Of a stretch of DNA of 64,000 bases, positions 58,962 to 64,000 are shown piece by piece. The translations under genes were made by a program, and so were the position numbers. Positions within the stretch are counted from its first letter, which is position 1. Each line of letters starts with the position of its first letter. Under the pieces are notes generated by a model. That model ran no database searches. It was not told the DNA's origin and saw only the letters and a program-made list of their open reading frames with translations. This DNA is from Nitrososphaera sp. (GTDB lineage Archaea > Thermoproteota > Nitrososphaeria > Nitrososphaerales > Nitrososphaeraceae), in the NCBI GenBank assembly GCA_023250885.1, contig JAHEZV010000002.1, positions 671-64,670 on the forward strand. Direction: 5' to 3'.

Positions 58962-59185
58962 GTTTTTTCAGTCGACAAAAAATCATAATTGTACAGGTCT
59001 CTGATCCACGTTCTTATGACAGAGGTGTCGTGTTGATATGATGGTTTTATCTGCACATTCATTTCGTTAAAATCAGCGACCTTTTTCTTTATGGAGTGAT
59101 TCCTGCTCGCAATGTGCTGCTCAACAGCAGAAGAGCTGATAATTACGTCGCACATGTTGCACCTGATCACCATGTTAATTAGCAA
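58958..59185 (-). CDS. Small C2H2 (matrin/U1-like) zinc-finger protein
   Basis: CNMCDVIISSSAVEQHIASRNH. Start is TTG 59185 or ATG 59173. Confidence 0.5.
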   Translation of the reverse strand: MLINMVIRCNMCDVIISSSAVEQHIASRNHSIKKKVADFNEMNVQIKPSYQHDTSVIRTWIRDLYNYDFLSTEKT

Positions 59186-59236
59186 TGCATTAGCGTTATC
59201 TATTGGAGCACCAAACCGCCTTGGCGCATTCGTCAG

Positions 59237-59776
59237 CTATTTTTGATCCGGAGCCGAGTCACGTAGCTTGTAAAGCACATACTTCAATTCCGGATCATGC
59301 GTCAGTTTGTCAAGAAATCCTCTGACTATTTGCCTAGTAGTCCGCTCTGCCGCGCCCTCGCCCCTGTGCTGCATGTTTACGACGTAATCATAGACGAACG
59401 GGCTGATGTATAGTGAGCATACACCGGCTATCCAACTGAATAACCTTTCAGTCGTCTTGTCTTCGATCATCGCCTGCCGCTTTTCTTCAAACATCCTACC
59501 AATGACGCGCACGTTGTAGAGGTACATCTTCTTGCCGCTCTTTTGATCAACGCCGGTGAAAAGCACAGAATTGCGATCGTCGTAGACGAGCCCAAAGGAT
59601 ACGTTGAACGGCATTTTCACATGCTTGCTCTTTGGCGCATATTCAAACAGCTCGTCCATTAGAGCCTTGAGGAGCGCATAGAATCGCTCTACGCTCTTTT
59701 GCTTATCCTCTTTTGGGCCCACCTCAGGTACTTGTGCGCACCGATTAAAAAATTGATTGTGTCTGAGAAGCGTCAA
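59237..59776 (-). CDS. Hypothetical protein
   Basis: 179-aa ORF with complex composition. No motif recognised. Confidence 0.55.
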   Translation of the reverse strand: MTLLRHNQFFNRCAQVPEVGPKEDKQKSVERFYALLKALMDELFEYAPKSKHVKMPFNVSFGLVYDDRNSVLFTGVDQKSGKKMYLYNVRVIGRMFEEKRQAMIEDKTTERLFSWIAGVCSLYISPFVYDYVVNMQHRGEGAAERTTRQIVRGFLDKLTHDPELKYVLYKLRDSAPDQK

Positions 59777-59925
59777 GATTTTTGTAAAATGTGTGAGATA
59801 GAACTTCTCAAATACTAAAATTTTGCAAATTCCGCCTCATAGCTCGTCCGGTGTCAACTGTTTTTACTACAGAATTCGAGAAAGTTGACTAACGGTGCTA
59901 AGTACCGACTAGGAATTACCTCAGC

Positions 59926-60144
59926 ATGACAGCCATAATGTCACTCAACAACGAAACTGCAAGCAGAGGCACCTTTACGACCGGCCAGAGCTGGGGCGCA
60001 CTGAGGAAGGCATGGAAGGGATACAGGATCGCAAAAGTCCAGGGCGACAACTCCAAGATGCGAGAATATGCGACCAAGATCCGCAGGCTCCAGGGCGAAC
60101 TGGGAATTAGCGTCGCTTCATTCCCGCACTTAGGCATTCAGTAA
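59926..60144 (+). CDS. Hypothetical small basic protein
   Basis: 72-aa ORF with an ATG start. Confidence 0.45.
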   Translation: MTAIMSLNNETASRGTFTTGQSWGALRKAWKGYRIAKVQGDNSKMREYATKIRRLQGELGISVASFPHLGIQ

Positions 60145-60171
60145 GTGCGGCCTTCTTTTCTTTTTATTTAT

Positions 60172-60621
60172 TTATCCATAAATTGAGCTATTGTTTGAAA
60201 GTTGTTGTTTTAGCTTCACGTCGAACTGCTCCTTTGGCATCGCGCCTATCATGACCTCAGCCGCTTTGCCTCCCCGAAATATCATCATGGTCGGGATGCT
60301 TTGGATGCCAAACGACGCCGAGCTCATTTGATTCTCGTCTACGTTGACCTTGCCAAACGCCACCCGGCCCGAATATTCTCTCGCCAACTGCTCAATAATT
60401 GGCGAAACCATCCTGCAAGGAGCGCACCACGGAGCCCAAAAGTCCACCAACATGAGGGGATACTTCACGATCTCGCTTTTGAAGTTAGAGTCGGTGAGGA
60501 CTATTGGCTCTGTGATGGCGGTCATCATCGCCTTTGTGGCCGCCGCCTTTTGCAGTTCAGCTAGCCTTCTCTGCTTTATGACCTCAAGTTCGTCGTCAGA
60601 ACTCATGTGCAAAATAGGCAT
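60172..60621 (-). CDS. trxA: Thioredoxin with an N-terminal extension
   Basis: Active site FWAPWCAPCRM and the cis-Pro context SIPTMMIF. Confidence 0.85.
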   Translation of the reverse strand: MPILHMSSDDELEVIKQRRLAELQKAAATKAMMTAITEPIVLTDSNFKSEIVKYPLMLVDFWAPWCAPCRMVSPIIEQLAREYSGRVAFGKVNVDENQMSSASFGIQSIPTMMIFRGGKAAEVMIGAMPKEQFDVKLKQQLSNNSSIYG

Positions 60622-60701
60622 GAGATCGGCTATATTCCTTCCTCCTTCCGAGGCGATACGTAATTATTGGCTGAGCGCATTTTTTGAGAAGGTGATCTGC
60701 T

Positions 60702-61304
60702 TTGGTGGAAGATGAAGAAGGCAAGATCGTGGCAGAAGAAGAAGGCAGGCCAGTCGAGGAAGACCTAGAGGCATTGAGGACGGAGCTCCAGTCGGTCAAG
60801 GACGAGCTGAGAAGAGCGAGAGAATCCTCAGAGGGCGGCCTCAACAAGCTCAAATACCTCATAGCCGATTTTGACAACTATCGCAAGCAGATGGATAGGC
60901 AGGCTGCCTCAAAGGCCGAGTCTGCCAAGGCCGAACTGCTGTTAAAGTTTCTCAACATTAGGGACGACTATCTCAGGGCACTCTCTGTAGCGAGGCAAGG
61001 CAAGTCAGAGCCGGTGGTGATCGAGGGTCTTGAGGGGATACTGAAAAACATCGACTCGCTCCTTAGCTCGGAGGATGTGAGGGAAATCGAAACGGTGGGA
61101 ACGCCATTTGACCCCAACGTGCACGATGCAATAGCGCACTCGGCAACAGACGATGTGGATGAAAACACCGTCACTGCCGAGATAAGGAAGGGCTACATGC
61201 TAAATACTAGGGTATTGAGGCCCAGCCTGGTTGAAATTGCCAAGAAGATAGTTACAAATAACGTCTCTGACACTAATAAGGAACCGGACAATCAAAGAGG
61301 CTGA
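60702..61304 (+). CDS. grpE: Nucleotide exchange factor GrpE
   Basis: Coiled-coil N-terminus, [12 protein letters not shown], and [11 protein letters not shown] start. Confidence 0.9.
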   Translation: MVEDEEGKIVAEEEGRPVEEDLEALRTELQSVKDELRRARESSEGGLNKLKYLIADFDNYRKQMDRQAASKAESAKAELLLKFLNIRDDYLRALSVARQGKSEPVVIEGLEGILKNIDSLLSSEDVREIETVGTPFDPNVHDAIAHSATDDVDENTVTAEIRKGYMLNTRVLRPSLVEIAKKIVTNNVSDTNKEPDNQRG

Positions 61305-61309
61305 TAAAA

Positions 61310-63181
61310 ATGGGGAAAATAATAGGAATCGATCTTGGAACAAGCAATTCGGCAGCTGCATCTCTAATAGGCGGCAAGCCAACGATAATCCAGGCGGCAG
61401 AGGGAACATCGGTTGGCGGCAAGGCGTTCCCGTCGGTGGTGGGTTTCACCCGGGACGGCCAGCTAATAGTGGGCGAGCCGGCACGCCGGCAGATGATATC
61501 GAACCCTGAAGGCACCGTCATTGCGGCAAAGCGCAAGATGGGCACCGATTTCAAGTTCAGGGTGTTTGGCAAAGAGTACACTCCACAGCAGGTATCCGCG
61601 TTCATCTTGCAAAAAATCAAGAGGGATGCAGAAGCGTTCCTTGGCGAGCCAGTCGACAGGGCCGTGATTACGGTACCTGCGTATTTCAACGACAACCAGC
61701 GCCAGGCAACAAAGGACGCAGGCGAAATTGCCGGCCTGCAGGTGGTAAGGATAATCAACGAGCCGACTGCTGCGTCGCTGGCATACGGCCTTGACAAGGC
61801 ACACAAGGACCTCAAGATAATGGTCTTTGACCTTGGAGGAGGCACGCTCGACGTCACCATAATGGAGATGGGCGGTGGTGTGTTCCAGGTAAAGTCTACT
61901 TCCGGCGACACGCAGCTTGGAGGCACCGACATGGACAACACGCTTGTTGAATACGTCGTGCAGGAGTTCCGCAAGCAGTCGGGCCTTGATGTCAGAAATG
62001 ACAAGGCCGCAATGATGAGGATAAGGGACGCTGCAGAAAGAGCCAAGATAGAGCTTTCAAACGTTGTCACTACAGAAATCAACCTTCCATTCCTTGCCTA
62101 CGACCAGCAGTCGGGACCAAAAAACCTGATAATACAATTGACAAGGGCAAAGCTGGAAGAACTGCTCAAGCCGATAATCGATCGATGCAGGCAGCCGATG
62201 CAGCAGGCGCTGCAGGACGGCAAGATGACGCCATCAGACATCGATAAGATAATCCTGATCGGCGGCCCCACTAGGATGCCGATGGTGAGGCAATTCGTTG
62301 CATCGGTCATGATCAAGGAGCCTGAGCGCGGCATTGACCCGATGGAGGCAGTCGCGATGGGTGCGGCGGTACAGGGCGCGATAATCGCCGGCGATGTTTC
62401 GACAGATATTTTGCTTGTGGACGTGACTCCCCTTACACTTGGAGTGGAGGTGTTGGGCGGGCTAAAAGAATCGTTGATCGATCGGAACACTACGATTCCA
62501 ACAAAAAAGAGCAAGGTATTCACCACGGCTGCCGATTACCAGACCGCAGTTACGATCCATGTTGTGCAAGGTGAACGCCCGATGGCAAACGACTGCGTAT
62601 CGCTTGGCATGTTCAACCTATCGGGCATCCCACCGGCGCCGAGGGGAGTGCCGCAGATAGAGGTTACATTCGATATTGACGCGAATGGGATACTGAACGT
62701 AGCTGCAAAGGACACGGCCATCCAGAAGGAAGCCAAGATCACTATAGCCGCAAATAACAAGCTGTCAAAGGACGAAATTGAAAAACTAAAGAAAGAGTCA
62801 GAGCAGTTCGCCGAAGCCGACAGGAAGAAAAAGGAGGAGGCTGAGGTCCGCAACGAAGCGGATAACCTCATCTATGCCGCAGAGAAGCTGGTCAAACAGG
62901 ACCTCAAGGATAAGGTGAGGCCGGAACAGGCAGAAAGGGTGAACAAGATCACACAGGAGCTTCGCGACGCGATTGCAAGCAATAACCCTGACACCATCAA
63001 GGGCAAGATACAGGAATTGAAAAATGTCTTGGCAGAAATAAGCACCGCGGCATACCAGAGCGCCGGAGCTGCGCCATCTGGAGCTGCAGGCGCTGAGACC
63101 GGAGCCGCGGATGCCGGAGGTGGCTTTACAGGCGGGGAGGCTGGTGGCGGAAGCGCGGCAGGGCCTAATCCCAACCCATGA
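61310..63181 (+). CDS. dnaK: Hsp70 chaperone DnaK
   Basis: [18 protein letters not shown], and [11 protein letters not shown]. Confidence 0.97.
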   Translation: MGKIIGIDLGTSNSAAASLIGGKPTIIQAAEGTSVGGKAFPSVVGFTRDGQLIVGEPARRQMISNPEGTVIAAKRKMGTDFKFRVFGKEYTPQQVSAFILQKIKRDAEAFLGEPVDRAVITVPAYFNDNQRQATKDAGEIAGLQVVRIINEPTAASLAYGLDKAHKDLKIMVFDLGGGTLDVTIMEMGGGVFQVKSTSGDTQLGGTDMDNTLVEYVVQEFRKQSGLDVRNDKAAMMRIRDAAERAKIELSNVVTTEINLPFLAYDQQSGPKNLIIQLTRAKLEELLKPIIDRCRQPMQQALQDGKMTPSDIDKIILIGGPTRMPMVRQFVASVMIKEPERGIDPMEAVAMGAAVQGAIIAGDVSTDILLVDVTPLTLGVEVLGGLKESLIDRNTTIPTKKSKVFTTAADYQTAVTIHVVQGERPMANDCVSLGMFNLSGIPPAPRGVPQIEVTFDIDANGILNVAAKDTAIQKEAKITIAANNKLSKDEIEKLKKESEQFAEADRKKKEEAEVRNEADNLIYAAEKLVKQDLKDKVRPEQAERVNKITQELRDAIASNNPDTIKGKIQELKNVLAEISTAAYQSAGAAPSGAAGAETGAADAGGGFTGGEAGGGSAAGPNPNP

Positions 63182-63218
63182 CGATAATTGAACGCACACC
63201 ATGCGAGGTGAAAAAAGA

Positions 63219-64000
63219 ATGAGCGGCAAGCCGAACTATTACGAGATCCTTGGTGTCCAAAAGGGCGCTGGTAAGGAAGAGATCAAGAACGCCTACCGCA
63301 AGCTGGCACTTCAATATCATCCAGACAGGAACAAGGACAAGTCAGCGGAGGAAAAGTTCAAGGAAATCTCTGAGGCGTACGCCGTGCTCTCTGACGACGA
63401 AAAGCGCAAGCGCTACGACACCTATGGCCACGTCGGGCCGGAAGAGGTCTTCCGCGGCTCCGAGGCAAACTTTGACGAGATTTTCCGGGATATGGGCTTT
63501 GGGGGATTCCGCGACATATTTGAGCAGTTTCTTGGAGGCGGAAGGCGCGGCGGATTTTTTGGCGACGACCTGTTCGGAATCGGGGGCGGCAGGAGAAAAG
63601 GCCGCGACATCGTCTATGACATGGAGCTCACGCTTGAAGATGTATTGAAGGGCAAGAAGGAAGAAGTCGAGGTCCCGCGCATCGGCAGGTGCGACGCCTG
63701 CAGCGGCACCGGGGCCGCTCCGGGCACAAAGGCCCGCAGGTGCACCGTGTGCGACGGGCAGGGACAGACAAAGCGCGTCTACACCCAGAACAGGTTTTCG
63801 ACGTTTGTCACGATGGAGCCGTGCAGGACTTGCCAGGGCCGCGGCCAGATAATCGAAAGGCCGTGCGGAAACTGCAGGGGGACCGGCAGGGCAAAGCAGG
63901 TGAAAAAGCTAAGGCTGGAAATCCCGCCGGGCGTACAAGACGGCATGGCGTTGCAGCTGCGCGGCGAAGGCGAGATGTCGGATTCCGGGATACCGGGGGA
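63219..64000 (+). CDS. dnaJ: Hsp40 co-chaperone DnaJ (N-terminal ~260 aa; continues beyond window end)
   Basis: Own translation from ATG 63219: [13 protein letters not shown]...YHPDRN, a G/F region, and CxxCxGxG repeats ([32 protein letters not shown]). Confidence 0.95.
   Translation, partial: MSGKPNYYEILGVQKGAGKEEIKNAYRKLALQYHPDRNKDKSAEEKFKEISEAYAVLSDDEKRKRYDTYGHVGPEEVFRGSEANFDEIFRDMGFGGFRDIFEQFLGGGRRGGFFGDDLFGIGGGRRKGRDIVYDMELTLEDVLKGKKEEVEVPRIGRCDACSGTGAAPGTKARRCTVCDGQGQTKRVYTQNRFSTFVTMEPCRTCQGRGQIIERPCGNCRGTGRAKQVKKLRLEIPPGVQDGMALQLRGEGEMSDSGIPG

Overview
This 64-kb window looks like a chromosomal segment of an archaeon, most likely a soil ammonia-oxidiser of the Thaumarchaeota/Nitrososphaera type. 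That assignment is inference from gene content: A-type ATPase, aIF2-beta, exosome Csl4, CDC48, archaeal MptE, a bacterial-type grpE-dnaK-dnaJ set, and TATA boxes about 25 nt upstream of start codons.

The core backbone comprises:
- atpE-atpA (atpA is partial at the window start) and cbiT
- guaA, mptE, valS, an MDR-family dehydrogenase, folP and guaB
- pheA, csl4, cdc48, a PLP-dependent decarboxylase and acyP
- a minus-strand histidine operon, hisG-D-C-(HAD hydrolase)-gap-hisB-H-A-F
- HMG-CoA reductase, a PQQ-type sugar dehydrogenase and a tRNA-Ser
- a 7Fe-type ferredoxin, ArsA/Get3, aIF2-beta, thioredoxin and grpE-dnaK-dnaJ (dnaJ is partial at the window end)

Between these blocks there is an unusually high density of decayed genes:
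- a three-times-broken TrmJ-like methyltransferase that carries a perfect coding microsatellite
- a DEDDh exonuclease with a stop at its catalytic Glu
- a secreted-protein gene, an IS5-family transposase remnant and a cupredoxin 3' remnant
- an epimerase stub and a truncated GT2 synthase with in-frame TAGs

Most of this decay sits in visibly AT-rich segments (GC was not computed). The largest runs from about 50.55 to 58.5 kb and also holds an orphan DPPF DNA methyltransferase and an orphan response regulator. I found no CRISPR array, rRNA or intact mobile element.

The most interesting items are:
- a four-CBS protein fused to an HPF/RaiA-like domain
- a tRNA-Ser with an apparent D-loop intron
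- a HAD hydrolase inside the his operon, which is a candidate for the missing histidinol-phosphatase
- hisH with no canonical start codon
- a patatin-centred accessory block
- many zinc-binding ORFs shorter than the 60-aa cutoff of the supplied ORF track

All functional calls rest on motif recognition by eye. No database search was run.
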